Source: Octopus sinensis | Lineage: Eukaryota | DNA length: 64,000 nt | Direction of reading: 5' to 3' | NCBI RefSeq assembly: GCF_006345805.1 | Contig: NC_043009.1 | Location: 69,440,001-69,504,000, forward strand | Shown here: one piece after another, positions 49,707-64,000 of the stretch | Layout: the number at the start of each line of letters is the position of its first letter | Numbering within the stretch: position 1 is the stretch's first letter | Program-made: the position numbers and the translations under genes | Notes under the pieces: model-generated | Database searches by the model: none | Seen by the model: the letters and a program-made list of their open reading frames with translations, nothing else | What the model was told of the DNA's origin: nothing

Positions 49707-50984
49707 TGTCTGTCTCTCTCTCTCTTTCCCTCTCTATTTACTACACTACTTAACTAATACATACATACAGCAAGCCAACCAGACATATATGTACATGTGT
49801 GCGTGTGCATTTATATATTACATACACCCATGTGTATGTGTGTATGTATATATATACACAAATACACACACATATGTACACACACACACACACCACACAC
49901 ACACACACACTCAAGCGTACATGTCTTGCCTGTGTAATATACGTCCATACGTAAGGATTAATATAGAAGTGGGATGACAGGCGAAGTTACTTAAGAGATC
50001 AAGTTTATCCGAATGAATTTATATCTTAAGATAGGCAACTGAGGTTCTGGTGGAGCTGTAAGGGAGATGAAATTAATTAAGGAAACTACTAGGTACGAAA
50101 ATTCATTTATTTGTACACACCTGTGGATAAATTAACTTATCACCTATCTGGATATTTAATCGTCTTTAATGAAGTTTCAATCATGATAATAAAAATGGAG
50201 GATAATTTGTTAAAATCTTTTACAACAAAACTATATCTTTCAAAAAACTTTCTCAGAATGTGTCTTATAATTTCAGAATTGTTCTTTTGTTAAATTACTT
50301 GGTCTGAGATTGCGTTTGGGAATTGAAAGACTTACATGGAGGAACAGTCATTTTAGACTATTTAAGAACACATCAATCACTGCTACATTAACTTTTTTGT
50401 TGTCGTCTTAATCGTATTCTCTTCTATGAAGTCCCAAAATGTTCACTAACACCTCACCACCGCATGTATTAAAAGTCAGTTTTATAAAACTGAGGAGCAT
50501 TATTTATTTATATATTTTTTGTTACTTTAATTGCATTTCTCTTTAAGCATAAGAGTGAATAATGACTGCTGCATATCAGTTCGATATACAATGCAACCAA
50601 TTTAGGACATCGGAGATTGTCTGTTGAAACCAAAACAATCACGTGTCAAAGAGTTGTTTGAGGCATTAAACACCTACGAAACTGTGACCTACCATTTTGC
50701 TTCCTTTTTTATTTATTTAGTAATTGTGCTGTCTCTAAGAAGTGACATAATAATTGCTGCATTTCTGCGGCCATCACTATCGATTAACAATGTTTTCTAT
50801 TATAAGAAGACCGATCGATTGTATCATTAAAACATCGATCGATCCATCTATCCATCCATCCATCCATCTTGCTAATCGGATTAATTCTTTACACCTTAGA
50901 ATATCAAGAGGTCAAGTTTAGTCACCTGAGCTCAACAATGTGTCTGGAAATAACATTTTGCACACAGGTATGAAAGTACAAACA

Positions 50985-51071
<87 letters not shown>

Positions 51072-51764
51072 ACACACACACTCTTTTTTCAAGGAGATAA
51101 TTGTAAAAGGTTGACAGTGAGTTCGAATTCCTCGTAAAAGCTTAATAAATATGTACTCTGCTAGAAGTATTGAGCAATCCTTCAGTTTAGTATTAAATTG
51201 TTTTTACATATAAGTTGACATAAACACCCCCCCACACACACCTACACACACGATGGGCTTCCACAAAAATCCCATCCCCCAATTTCCACTCAAATCTGTC
51301 GGCTCAACATTGATACTTGAACTTGTTTCGCATGGAACGGCGTGGTTGTGAAGCGAACTTCTTAACATCGCAGCCATGACTCCCCACTATGAACTTATCT
51401 ATCTTTGGGGGTCCAGGCTCTGAATGTCTCAACATTTCTTGTTCCGCAGCCGCAGAGCGATGAGAGCAAGTTTAAGTAAGACTCGCAAAATACCAGAATG
51501 AAAGTATTGGCAGAAAGTAAATCAAGTTCAAATCTGTTTCTCTCGTCAGCGTGTAATAAATCTGACGATGGCTCAACAAATGACTAAAGAGTAAAGATTG
51601 AAAATAAGCCTAAATTATGTAACCATGGTAATCTTTCCGAAGTTTTGCTTCAGTTGAGATAAAACATTCAGATATCTGATGAGTTAATATCGAGGGAACG
51701 AAAACATTGATAACTTCAAGTTATTTATAATTGTCTGTCTATCAGTATAGGATATTGTTGTTGC

Positions 51765-52125
51765 TGTTTGTTTGTTTGTTGAGCGAAGCGGTCTTCGTCC
51801 TGTTGTGGAAGAAGTCCGAAACGTGGTCCTTTGCTATTCGTAAGATCCGCAGAAGAGAAAGCAGGTCAATCCCCGACACCGAGAGCATCGACGGATGGAT
51901 GAATGCGCATCCAGGCTCAGTGGTTGCATAGGAAGTCGGGGACAAGAAACAGGAAGGAAGAGTGACAGAAAGTTGGAGCGAAAGAGTACAACAGGGGTCG
52001 CCACCACCCCCTGCCGGAGCCTCGTGGAGCTTTAGGTGTTTTCGCTCAATAAACACACAGAACGCCCGGTCTGGTAATCGAAACCGCGATCCTCCGACCT
52101 AACCACTGGGCCATTGCGCCTCCAC
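51765..52125 (-). mobile_element. tRNA-derived SINE with (AAAC)n tail
   Basis: Minus strand ggaggcgcaaTGGCCCAGTGG (A-box), GGTTTCGATTACC (B-box-like), ending aacaaacaaacaaac. Confidence 0.8.
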
Positions 52126-52399
52126 TTGTTGTTGCTGTTGTTGTTCATCCCATTTTAGCTTTGATTAAACAAACCTACGACCAAAGGCATTCTTCCATGA
52201 CCGTCTCGTCGTTTTCCTTTTTTTTTCTACGTTTAGCTTACAAAAGGCAACATTCCCCCAAGTGTCCCTTTTTTCTTTTTAGATGTTACGGTAAAGACAA
52301 GATGACGTTTTGTTGCTATCTTTATTCAGCTGAGCGACCACTTAGATACTTCCGTATTGGCAAATAAGTTGTTGTTGTTGTTGTTGTTGTTGTTGATTG

Positions 52400-55300
52400 T
52401 GATGTTTAAATCCAGCTCAGTGTAAGCTGCCTATGACCTGCTTCAGCCTTGACCAGCTCGTCTTTTGGTGTTCTTTCTCATTTAATACGGCAGGAAGTGT
52501 GATATGAAGGAATTTGCTTGCTATATCTAGCAAGTCAAACGACTATTCTAGAACTTCATTTGTTGGTTTGGAGTATAATATTTTACTGAGAGGCGGCATC
52601 TCAGCAGTTTATGCGCCTTCATCCGTATGCACATTGAAATCCTACAAATATATGAAGGAAACGGTCGCACCACACGCTCTCTTTTCTCAGCGCGTAAACA
52701 TGACTCATCCGAAATGCTCGGATGGTTATTGTTGACTCCCTTTTTTATGATTGCCTGGCCTAACACGTCACTCGTTCAGATCACCTCTCTAGCTGGATAC
52801 ACGTTGAGGGCAAAGGGGGGACAGAAGCGGCGCCAGTTCGCCTGACAGAACGCCTTGTTTCAACTGTCTTACGCCTGAGTTCTAACCATGCCAGGCTCGT
52901 CTTTATCTATTGCTGGGAAATAGACAATGGATCGGTAAATTACATACCAGTAATGCACCCGTACCAACTAACTACGTAGCATCTATGCGCTGCTGAAGAT
53001 ACTAGAAACAGCAGACAAATCCCCATTTAAATCACTTTTAACTATCTTATACAGAAAAAGAAAGCTACATAGATAATATATTCTCTGACATACAAAAACG
53101 ACATGGTCACGGCTGGAGTGCCTTTGATCATAGATGTACTCAGAGCTGATCGTTTTGGATCTACATTCTTAACATAAACGGCAATGAATCAGCACAAGGA
53201 AGAGAATTTGTTATCAAACATGGAAGACCAACTAGATTGTCCCTCCTTAAGTTTCTGGGACAATTTATGAACCAATCACATTTACTCGGTTTGTAATTGA
53301 TTACATACAGGACACGTGTCTACTCACGTGTCATATATCTAGTCACCACTAGAACATAATTTTTAGCTTGCCATGAAGCCATAACACATCATTTTCCTTC
53401 TGAGAATTTTCCATAAACCAACGAGGGAAGCCATTACACAGCCTCTTGATCTGATAGAAATAACAGCGAAATCTCCCACAAATCTTGAAAAGAAAACATA
53501 CATTAGATAATGTAATATTCAAAAGACAAAAATGTCGCGTTGGAAGGTCATTAATTTTAGATCCACTCGTCGAGAGCTATTTGGAATTAAAAGAGAACAG
53601 CACCAAACCTTTCTGCCCCTCTGAAAATGCCAACCCTATGTTACCCTCATTTATTCTCAATCTACCTATGACCGGTAAACCTCTAATTAACATTTTATAC
53701 TAATCCCTACACTGTACCAGTAATCAAATGTCCGTTGTAAACTTCTTGTCCCAAATCATTAGATTTCTAGAATTATTCCATTTCTAAATGTGACTTCCTT
53801 TCTTATAGCATCCAGAAACATCTAATTGTTCAAAAGCGAAAATTCAAGACATCATCATCACCATCAACAACAACAGCATTGGTTAACCAAAACAACTCCT
53901 TAGAAAGGCTATGGGCACTGTCCTTTTATTTTTCTGTGGATAATGAATACGAAGCGATTTCTGTTTTAACGGAAAACATTAAGAAAAAAATTTATTTTAA
54001 TTTGTTATTTGATAACGCGTTTATGTTCAACTTGAGTATATTCCTGGTTCGAACTCTTCAACCAGTCAGTTCCATTCAGCATTTGTATATCATGATTGTC
54101 TTTGCGATAAACTGTTAGCAATGTTTACAATGAGCCCATCCAAAAGATAAACAAAGAGAGGCAAATCTCAGAAGTAATTAGCAAGGCACAACTCTATTTC
54201 ATTTCAGTGCAGGTAAAGCGAAATAAACATTCTCAATGTTATGTCCTGTTCCAAGGACAGTTCCATGACGTTTCTTAGGAATAAGCAAACAAGGAAATAA
54301 TCTAATTAATCTCTTGAAATGATTTTCAGCTGTTTTGGACAAGGAAATATTTCAAGTTCAAATCGTGTCCGTTTAAATGCAACAATTTACTCCAAGTGAT
54401 TCCAGTGAGATCACGTTTAACTTTTGTTTCGAACCAACAAGGAAGATTTATCTAGTCACTTGACCTGCTAGAAATAGCAGTCAAATTTCCTTCAAATAAC
54501 ACTCTATTGTCATAGAAAATAAGGGTAAATGGGAATATGTGACTCTGAAAACAAGAGTATCGAAAATAGAGAGATGGCCACAGTTGGCGCTAGAGTGCTT
54601 TTAGCCATTCGCCAACTCAATCAGCTTGAATTGGCAGGGAAGAAGAAGACTGGTTAGAGCATCAAACTACCGGCAGTGTTTAGTTCCGACCCTTTTCGCT
54701 CTCAGATGCAATTCTTATTGAAGTGAACCCTGCTATTTATCCTTCCGAAGTCAATGAAATAAAACACCAGACACCTACTCGTAGCAAATAGTCTAAAACC
54801 TTCTTTACGAGAATTACACTATTCTAAATAAAATACGTTTCTAACTCTCTCACTCACACTTTGAATGCATGAATATATGTATATTATGCAGGTATATATA
54901 TATATATATACGTTTATGGATATACACTAGATTGTGTGTGCATATTAAACAGACAACCATCTATATACATACACACTTAATTCCAGTCTCTTCTTTGTAT
55001 CCTATTAACATATCTGAGATGCTGAAGCGTACGTTCGAGATGTTGATGGAACTTGTTAATAGTTCCTAATATTAGCAGAAACTTTAATCTACACATCTGC
55101 AAAGTATGCAAATTTTGCTCACGTTCTCGAGTACAATATTGCATATCTAGTCAATGAGTCTTTCATCATTACTTCGACAACGACAACGAAGTATAAAGTT
55201 CGCTGAGGAAGTCTTATACGACCGAAACATTTTAGAAGTTGTCCCCCTTACTTTCAGAAATTATTTAAAATAAATCAGTGAAATAAATATTAGGTTTCAT

Positions 55301-55860
55301 CTCATTACGGTGTTAAATATACCAACACAATCTTTACTATCGTTTCTTCATGAAGGCGAAATCCATGAGTAATTAACCTGAGCGATTAATTTTTTTAAGA
55401 GACCAGCTTCCTCCTTGTTTATGTATTTTCGTTTTTTTTTTGTTTTTTCATCGGACAATTTAGGGCTATCTACTTTTAAACTAGCAGAATAATTGTGAAC
55501 ATACACAATTTCTTCATTGTAGCAGTTATATGTAATGGCACCCCAACTGTAATCCCTCCCAGCTATGTTGAGCTATTGGTACAACTACCAGGCTAAACTA
55601 TGGTAAGCCGTTACGTACCAACCGACGTTCTCGCCTTATCGAGGTATAACATGGAGAGTCAATGAGAAAGATTCTATTTGGCACCCGTTCAACATGAAAT
55701 AGCTGTCATTATTCCTCCACAACAAATTCCTACGGTCTTAAAGATCAAACAAAATAAAATAAAGCTGAAGGACATCAAAATTCAAGAATGTTAGCAGCTA
55801 AAAGACTTTGATCCATGGCTCAGCCTGAACGAAACTGATCTAAGGCTGACTACAACAACA
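52400..55860. repeat. Cluster of old dispersed repeats with the core ctagaaatagcagccaaatct
   Basis: Degenerate copies near 52510 (-), 53002, 53453, 54463 and 55693; also 7273, 19072/19548 and 48020. Confidence 0.55.
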
Positions 55861-56139
55861 ACAACAACAACAACGACTTTAACAACAATAAACAACAATA
55901 TAAATAACATAAATAACATTAGAAATAACAGCGTTCACAACATTAGCAGCAAGAATTATTTTTGAAACTTTTTCTGAAAAATTGCGTATAACGGATTGTA
56001 TACATTTCTTCATGTATACTTTCGTGACTCCTTTACTATTACACACACACACACACACACACATTATATATATATATATATATATGTGCATACATACAAT
56101 GTGTGATAGTGCAAATAGTCTTACTGAAACGCATATGGC

Positions 56140-56900
56140 CTTCCATTGCATACACTGTCTATTCAGGGCTTAGCAATTATTTCCAGGACCTCAATGTAGG
56201 CAGCAGAGGTAACTCTAAGGCCTTTTGGGAAGAAGTAAGGAGGCATCCCGTGTCCTTCATTGCTGACAACCCCTAAAATTATGACAGTTGCAGGAAATTC
56301 TATATGCATAACACTTAGAACTTCAGAAGGGTCTGCACATAACCATCTGCCATTTCTTCTGTTAACTTTTTGATCTTGGTCAAAGTTTGTCTCGTTTGAA
56401 AAAAAACAAATCAAGCCTTCTTCTGCTGGATTTTTCAGTTTGTTTAAGAGCCCTTTAGATCTGATGTAGTGATTTTCTTCTGCTTTTTCTGACAAATTGA
56501 CCTTCCTTCATCATATAAGACTTATATCTGACGTCTTCATGAACAACATTTCTGACTGTTCCTTCTGACACATGGAGATCTTTTGCAGTTGATCTCATGA
56601 ACTTTCTGAGACTGTAACTAATAGTTTGTTGAACTATTCAGGTCTTCTGATGATTTCAGAGCGTTTAGAATGCTTTTTATGCTTTGACACTGGTGATACG
56701 TTTCAAGTTTTAGTCTTTAGCTCCTTACAAACTTTATAGACCAAAGATCTGGCAACTTTTAAAAATCGAGATATTTCTAAATCGCTATACTCAGCCTTTG
56801 TAACCACTTGATTTCTTGAGTAAGCTGAGGGTCTGCAATTATTATTTTCTGAAACAAAGATTATACAGAGTTAGCAAAAAATGAAGCAATGACCCCCAAA
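56140..56900 (-). mobile_element. maT/DD37D-like Tc1/mariner transposase relic
   Basis: LLNKLKNP...FFSNETNFDQDQKVNRRNGRWL...FPATVIILGVVSNEGHGMPPYFFPKGLRV..AAYIEVL. Confidence 0.85.
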
Positions 56901-56924
56901 AGGTATGTCCTCAAATACCTTACA

Positions 56925-57965
56925 CACAGAGCCTCCAAAATGTTTACCCATTTTAACTGATGATAACCCACTTCATTTTGGTTCCTTTTTTTCTTTAGAA
57001 ATAACGAGGGGAACAAGACTAAGCTTTGAACAAAGGAAATTAATCCTGGATTTTGAAAATGCAGTCGAAGTGTTAAGACAGTTTAGAAGGAAGTTTCAAA
57101 TAGATCCACCTACGCGACATACCATTACTCGAATTAAAGATAAGTTTGACGCAGATGGAACTACAAAAAACGTCCTTGAAGACCGCGAACATCGACGAAT
57201 CCTACAAAGCAAGAAAGGATATTAAGAACGTATTGCCAAAGGTCAAGAAAAATTTTGCATCAAGCGAGTCGTGAGATGAGAATTTCGAAATCCTGCATCC
57301 ATTCCATTTTGAAGCTCATTGGAAAAATTATATTCTAAAATTCCAATAATAGTTCATGTTCTCAATGCAGATGATCCGAGCCAAGCTTGGCAAGCTGTGT
57401 AGAACATGCAGTTTCCGGTTTGTTCTTCGAATAATGAGGCCATATTTAAAATAAATGGTTCAGTTAGCATCCACCATTGCACCTACTTGGGACATGACAA
57501 ACTGTATATTACGGAGGAACATGTTAATTTATCAGGAGTTACAGTTTGTCCTTTAAATGATTAATTAGGCGATTCTTCTTTGACGGTACCGTGACTGGCT
57601 CCGTTTAAATACGATTGCTGCGACAATCTGCCTGGTTGAGCATTCAAGAAAACTTGAAGATGCAGAGTTTTATATGCAGCAAGATGGTATACATCCACAC
57701 TACCATAGTATAGGAGCTAACCTCGATGAGATTCTGCCAAAGAGTGGATTGAACGACGCGGTTCACCGGACCTCACACGACTATACTTTTTATGGAGTTA
57801 CTTAAAAGGAAAAAAAAGGATAAACAGCAACAAAAGACAATTGAGAGCAGCTATTGAGCGAGGAGCATGCGCACAAATACCAAACGAAATGTTTCTTGAT
57901 ATTTGTGATTCAATTGTTTCACGTTACCAGAACGGTCATCAGATTTCAAACGCGCGTTCATAAAA
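56925..57965 (+). mobile_element. Tc1/mariner-superfamily (rosa/DD41D-like) transposase relic
   Basis: N-terminal HTH (RQFRRKFQIDPPTRHTITRIKDKFDADGT), NEAIFKINGSV, FYMQQDG, SPDLT.L..LWSYLK; frameshifted. Confidence 0.8.
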
Positions 57966-58146
57966 AAATTAAATTCTCTCCGTAAATTCTATTAAAATTT
58001 TAAAATGAAACATACATACATACACACATACATGCATGCATGCATACATACATGCATGCATGCATACATACATGCATGCATACATGCATGCATATATACA
58101 TATATGCATACATACATAGATACATACATGTATACATATTAGTTAT

Positions 58147-58602
58147 AACTGGCACTCCATCCGTTACGACGACGAGGGTTGCAGTTGATCCGAACAGCCT
58201 GCTCATGAAATTAACGTGTAAGTGGCTGAGCACTCCACAGACATGCGTACCCTTAACGTAGTTCTCAGAGAGATTCAGTGTGACACAGAATGTGACACAG
58301 TTGGCCCTTTGAAATACAGGTACCACTCATATTTGCCAGCTGAGTGGACCGGAACAACAAGAAATAAAGTTTTGGCTCATGGACACAACGCGCTGCCGAG
58401 AATCGAACCCTGAGTTCGATTCCCGGAAGCGCGAATCGTCGTGTGTAGACAGCACACACAAAAAATACAGCAACAGACTCCTCAGCCACAAGAACCATCA
58501 CTGCCACCAACAATAACAACGAAGTATAACAACAATCACAGAACAATAGAATCCTTGCGATTTTGAGCCGAATACCCTAACCACTAAGCCATGTGCCTTC
58601 AC
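58147..58602 (-). mobile_element. tRNA-derived SINE (family of 7459-7789) with a ~140-bp insertion between its A and B boxes
   Basis: Minus strand gaaggcacaTGGCTTAGTGG ... [58411-58550 insert] ... GGGTTCGATTCTC; body matches 7530-7789. Confidence 0.85.
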
Positions 58603-59089
58603 ATTAGGTGTATGCACACACATAGACACACACACACACACACACACCACACACACACACCTGTGTGTGTGTGTGTGTATACATATATGTGTGTGTACGT
58701 ATAAAGTTTAATGAACAGAGTATGCATTTTTATGAGCTGCTAATAGTTCCATGCAATGAAAACGACGCAGCCAGTATTTTATAACACGTCTGGTGCCTTC
58801 ATGCAATCTTCAGGCTGTGCTCACATGGACGACGGAATTAAAGAAAATACGAAAAAAAGGCGAGAAGTTAGATGCAAAAGGTGGTAAGGTGAAAACACCA
58901 GAAAACAAAAAGAAAAGGAGGAAAAAGAATAATGAAAAGAAAAATGGGGCTAGTATCATCAGAAAAATATTAGATAGATGAATCGAACATATAGCATGGT
59001 ACCGTAGGCTGCTGGTAGCAAACCCGCTCTTCGTGTTAAAACATACTTATAATAACAATAATAACAAAACCATAGTTATAATAATAATA

Positions 59090-60109
59090 ATATTGAAGCT
59101 ATCAATACCTGGGCGGTTTCACTCCTTAGATATTGAGCAAGGGTAATCGCATGGTCAGTAGACAAACAAAACAGCTTAGACAGAAAGACAAGGAAGTTGC
59201 TGACTAGATATGGGCTATTCTACCCCAAAAGCGACACAGACAGACTGTATGTACGAAGAAAAAGAGGAGGAAGAGGACTGATTGGATGCGAACACAGCAT
59301 TAGATCAGAAGAAAACAACATAGTATGGTATATAAAAAAATGCCACTGAACCACTATTATTGGAATTAAGAAGGTCAGGCTTGTGTAGGATGGAAGATTG
59401 CAAAGATAAAGCACTATACAAGAAATTTAAAACGAATGAAACTGAAAATAGGTGGATAAAGAAAAGAATGCATGGTCAATTTCATAGGGATGTTGAAGAT
59501 AAGACAGACAGAGAAAAAAGATGGCTGTGGATGACTAAAAGTGATTTAAAACCAGAAACATCAAGACAACATAGAAAGGATTGTCCATTGGACATTTTGC
59601 AACAAGTACAGACTTGACAGAGCAAAAAGGTAGTACGAACATAAACGCAAAGGCATCATCGAAAATGATAATGCAAAGATCCTATGGGATTTTATGATTC
59701 AATGCGACCATGAGATAGAGAATAGGAAACCAGGCATAGTGTTAATTGAGAAAGAAAGCAAGCGATGCTAGATCATAGATATAGCATGCCCAACTGACAA
59801 CATGGTATGCGATAAGGAAGAAAGAGAAGTCGATAGATATAACAGGTTAGCTAGGAAGGTTAAGCAGTTGTGGTCGATGTAAAAGGTGGTAGCAGTGCCA
59901 ATAATTGTCGGTTCCCTGGGAACAGTGAGTAAAAATCTTGAGAAGTACATGGAATAAAGGTGGAGCACTTGCAGAAAACATCACTGCTTGGAACCGCTCG
60001 AATACTCCGGATGGTGGTCGAAAATTAAGGGGTGTTACCTTAGTTCACTGAGTGAACAGCTGACACTGTAATACATCTCCAACTTTAGAAGCTGTGCAGA
60101 GACAATAAG

Positions 60110-60151
<42 letters not shown>
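59090..60151 (+). mobile_element. R4/Dong-like LINE 3' half ending in (TAA)n
   Basis: AINTWAVSLLRY, DRKTRKLLT, PKSDTDRLYVRRKRGGRGL, KRMHGQF, ILWDFMIQCDHEIENRKP, IIDIACP, VPIIVGSLG; (TAA)n at 60107-60151. Confidence 0.9.
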
Positions 60152-60440
60152 TATAAAAAGAGCACAAAAAGATAACTGAATGGAAAAAATCTTGACGTGT
60201 CGGACGTTAGTGGTTAATCAGAAGAAAGATAAGAAAGAAGACACAAAGGAGGAGAATGAATGAGAAAAGTTGGCTGGAATAAAAACGGGAATGCATCAGT
60301 AGCCGAGTGAGAATGCGGTTCTATGAGGGAGTTAAGAAGGAAGTGGGGGATGTGTGACAGTGTGTGTGTATATATAAGAAAGCATAGAGGAGGTGTCTGT
60401 GTGTGGTGGAATGGAATGAATGTGGTTTATTAGTGTGGAA

Positions 60441-60793
60441 GTGTAGTACCGTGGGATTATCGAGGTGTGGGAGTATAGTACTGTGGGATTATCGAGGTGT
60501 GGGAGTATAGTACCGTGGGATTATTGAGGTGTGGGAGTATAGTACCGTGGGATTATCGAGGTGTGGGGGTATAATGTCGTGGGATTATTGAGGTGTGGGA
60601 GTATAGTACCGTGAGATTATTGAGGTGTGGGAGTATAATGTCGTGGGATTATCGAGGTGTGGGAGTATAGTACCTTGGGATTATTGAGGTGTGGGAGTAT
60701 GATGTCGTGGGGTTATTGAGGTGTGGGAGTATAGTACCGTGGGATTATCGAGGTGTAGGAGTATAGTACCGTGAGATTATTGAGGTGTGGGAG
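60441..60793. repeat. 32-bp minisatellite, about 11 copies
   Basis: Unit gtatagtaccgtgggattat(c/t)gaggtgtggga, head-to-tail with no spacers. Confidence 0.95.
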
Positions 60794-61034
60794 GATGGTG
60801 TGAATATGTAATATTCTACGTGAGAGGAGGAGGGGTGGGAGAGGTGTGGTATAAAGTGAAAAAGAAGATAAGAGGAATGCAGTTTAACAAAAGATTGATA
60901 AAAATGTGTAGAATATAGTAAAAATAATACAAAGGCAAAATTCTAAAACGGGAGAAGCATGTGTAGGGGTTTATGCAACCAGTGCAATGTGCGAAGGAAG
61001 TAGTGTTGGGGGTGTTTGTGTGTGTATCTCACTT

Positions 61035-61218
61035 ACTCCATGAAGTCGACATTGTCTGAACACGTGCCACGGTGCGCCATGCGTCATGTGTCGAAGTGAT
61101 CGCAGAGCAACATGTGGGTGGAGTGTTATGCCCAAGAACACGACGCACCACCGGGTCCTGGAATTGAAACCACGATCTGCGGACGGGCGTGTAACACCCT
61201 AACCATTAGGCCATGCAT
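61035..61218 (-). mobile_element. tRNA-derived SINE 5' portion
   Basis: Minus strand gcaTGGCCTAATGG (A-box) and GGTTTCAATTCC (B-box). Confidence 0.7.
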
Positions 61219-61234
61219 CATCTTTCCGTCCGTC

Positions 61235-61266
<32 letters not shown>

Positions 61267-61276
61267 CGTCCGTCTG

Positions 61277-61308
<32 letters not shown>

Positions 61309-61579
61309 ACACACACATTAGTTAGAACAGTTTCATATTAAAAAAATAATAAAGTAACTTTTATACACACACACAGAACTACAAGCATATATGCACCCAT
61401 ATTTACACAAAGAAGCACAGGTATTTACGCCTGCATATATATCACATAAACAGACACACGTACCCACATCATACGTACATTCATACTCGCTCAATGTTAA
61501 TGTTATTTCAATGTTAATGACATTTTATATAACAATATCCTCCTCCTCTACAGTCGGCATTCTGCGAGGCAAACACACA

Positions 61580-61832
61580 CATACACACACGTGCATACAC
61601 TTATACATACACACACATATACACACGTGCATACACTTATACATACACGCACATACACACACGTGCATACACTTATACATACACGCACATATACACACGT
61701 GCGTACACTTATACATACACGCACATATACACACGTGCATACACTTATACATACACGCACATATACACACGTGCATACACTTATACATACACGCACATAT
61801 ACACACGTGCATACACTTATACATACACGCAC
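61580..61832. repeat. 36-bp minisatellite, about 7 copies
   Basis: Unit acacgtgcatacacttatacatacacgcacatatac. Confidence 0.95.
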
Positions 61833-62699
61833 AGTGACGTTAAATGTTTTTTCAGATAACTCAGAATTTTATACATGTGTGTTAAACTTGTTATGCAGCT
61901 AAAACAGGCATTTACACAAATAAGGCAGACGTTTATAAAGAAAGAGCAGGCATTTGCAGAGATAAGGTAGTTGTTACCTAATATAATGGCAAATACTTTA
62001 CTCACAGTTAAAACAGACAGGTACGGCGTTGGATGTTAAAAAGATAAGGCAGACGTTTACACAGAGAAGTTTATACAGTTAAGTTAATCCATTCCACAAC
62101 TAACAAATCTACTTTTTACACGCATAAATCTGAGAAGGCTTCTATTTTCTCACAGAATTTTTTGCGTAATTTGCATGCAATCGCCGTGTGTAGACAGTAC
62201 AACAAAAAAATACAGCAACAGACGACTCCTCAGCCACAAGAACCATCACTGCCACCAACAATAACAACGAAGTATAACAACAATCACAGAACAATAGAGA
62301 CAACAAAATTAATAATAAAATAAGGAAAATGAATCACAGAATAACGAAAAAACAAACAAACAAAAGAAAAACTAAACTAAACAACATTGCTGTAAAAGAA
62401 GCGAAAATCTAGTCAAGTAGAAAATCATCGAACTATATCGATCCGAATAACATCAGGTATGTATAGAAAGATCACAGAAATGGAGTTAGTTTATTACAGT
62501 TGACTAACTTTTAACGACTGTAGAACTATACACATACATTCATATACGTACACACGAATACACATATATACACACATCTCTCTCCCCCCTCTCTCTCTAT
62601 AGATACATGCATATATATGTGTATACGATCACACACATACATATATAAGTATATATGTATGTACATGTATGTGTATATGCAGCTGTGTGCGCGAATGAA

Positions 62700-62755
<56 letters not shown>

Positions 62756-63157
62756 TGCATGCATGCATGTATGTGTGTATAAGGGAAGTTATATGCTCAG
62801 TTATTCTAAGTTAACCAAAGTTATCAATGTGGTTTGATAAGGGAGTTATTTTAATGTTTATGTATATTTTTGGGTTTTCCTTTCATTATTCGATCCTTTT
62901 AGTTCAACATCAAAAACTCTATTAATAAAATGAGCCAACACTGAGAGGCTTACAGGCACCCTTTTTAGTTGCGTGCAATAGCAAATTATTCAGGCTTTAG
63001 ATCACATCCGACCCCTTAACAAACAAAAGGATGAGCACATCGGATTGTGTTGTTCTATGGACACTGAATCCACGTAAAAAAATGGAAAAAAGAACGAAGA
63101 AAGGGTGATGAGTGGAACTTTTCGAGTCACTCGACTAAGGTTGATCTGTCAATAAAA

Positions 63158-63256
63158 GGATCTTTTCATTTTGACCGGCAGATTTTTAAAATAATTTCTT
63201 TGTAACTAAAGACTTTTAAACTTTTTAAAAATCTGCCGGTCAAAGCGAAAAGATCC
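63158..63256. mobile_element. Minimal MITE (TIRs ~34 bp)
   Basis: ggatcttttcattttgaccggcagatttttaaaa / ttttaaaaatctgccggtcaaagcgaaaagatcc. Confidence 0.8.
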
Positions 63257-64000
63257 CAATAAAATACCCCAGTCGCAGAAATAGAAGCTAGATCTCCATC
63301 AGACACACTGGCACCACCTTAAAAAAAAACGAGGGATACCATGCGTTGTTTAGTTCGAAATACACCATGTTTGAACGAAAGGTAGAATGATTGAGTGACG
63401 GCTGGAACACATTCGATTTTGTCTGCTTGGATAGAGATAAATGGAAGCTGAACAATAACAGCAGCAACAACAAGAACATTTAATCTGATAAAATCCATAT
63501 TAAGTATTTCTTCGAGACTGGACTGCTATAGCAGTTGTCTGCTGGGGCCTAGCGTCTTTACAGGAGATTTATTACTCATCCAGTCAGTGTCAAAACTAAG
63601 GGTCGCTAGATGTTGGGGGAAAGAAACAAAAAAAAAAAGATAAAAAGAAAAAAAATCACTCAGTAAATTGTTGTTGTTTACTTGACCCCCACCTTCCACT
63701 AAGTTCCACCTGATTACGTTTCGGGATCAAAATATTTCTGCAACGAAAATTCGGGATTCTGTTTATTGTTATTTTTGTCTGTTCATGTACATCGGCCACG
63801 GAAATTTGTGAATAACAAAAATTAACGAGCAATAAATGAATGAATGGGAACAGAGTAAACTTAGAAGCTGTCTATGTTGGCAAAATTGAAGAGTTTAAAT
63901 AAGTCTGGATTCATATGCTATAGAAGAAGAGCAGTTTTGTCTGAAGCAGAGTTTGGTCAGAAAGGCTAGAATTTTGGAACGTCATTTAATCAAGCATAAC

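Noticed and set aside
51672-51716. CTGATGA-GTT..AAC-GAAA motif (similar case at 48305-48340)
   Set aside because: Position 17 would be G and the stems are marginal; consistent with chance
60441-60793. 32-bp repeats of CRISPR-like length
   Set aside because: Head-to-tail with no unique spacers, no cas genes and a eukaryotic context: a minisatellite

Overview
AT-rich, microsatellite-laden animal DNA with no recognisable host exon. The repeat repertoire looks like an octopus/cephalopod genome; this is an inference from recognising the repeats, not a database result. The window is mostly decayed mobile elements: a Helitron Rep/PIF1-helicase pseudogene with an intact 3' terminus, split by a 1.4-kb insert flanked by a 10-bp duplication; two non-autonomous Helitrons; fragments of CR1-group, Tx1, R4/Dong and Hero/NeSL-like LINEs; Tc1/mariner-superfamily transposase relics; MITEs; and tRNA-derived SINEs. 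Most ORFs in the track are translations of simple repeats. The most notable signal is about ten short non-coding cassettes, from at least five unrelated families, that carry minimal hammerhead-ribozyme (HHR) folds of the type known from Penelope-like elements. They are often arranged as inverted pairs and sit in or next to (TA)n. They include a tRNA-headed SINE whose tail is an HHR, a family with a fixed A6U core variant, a family with a possible U3-A8 core, and one essentially canonical HHR (46554-46604, minus strand). All folds were derived by eye and no cleavage activity is shown.
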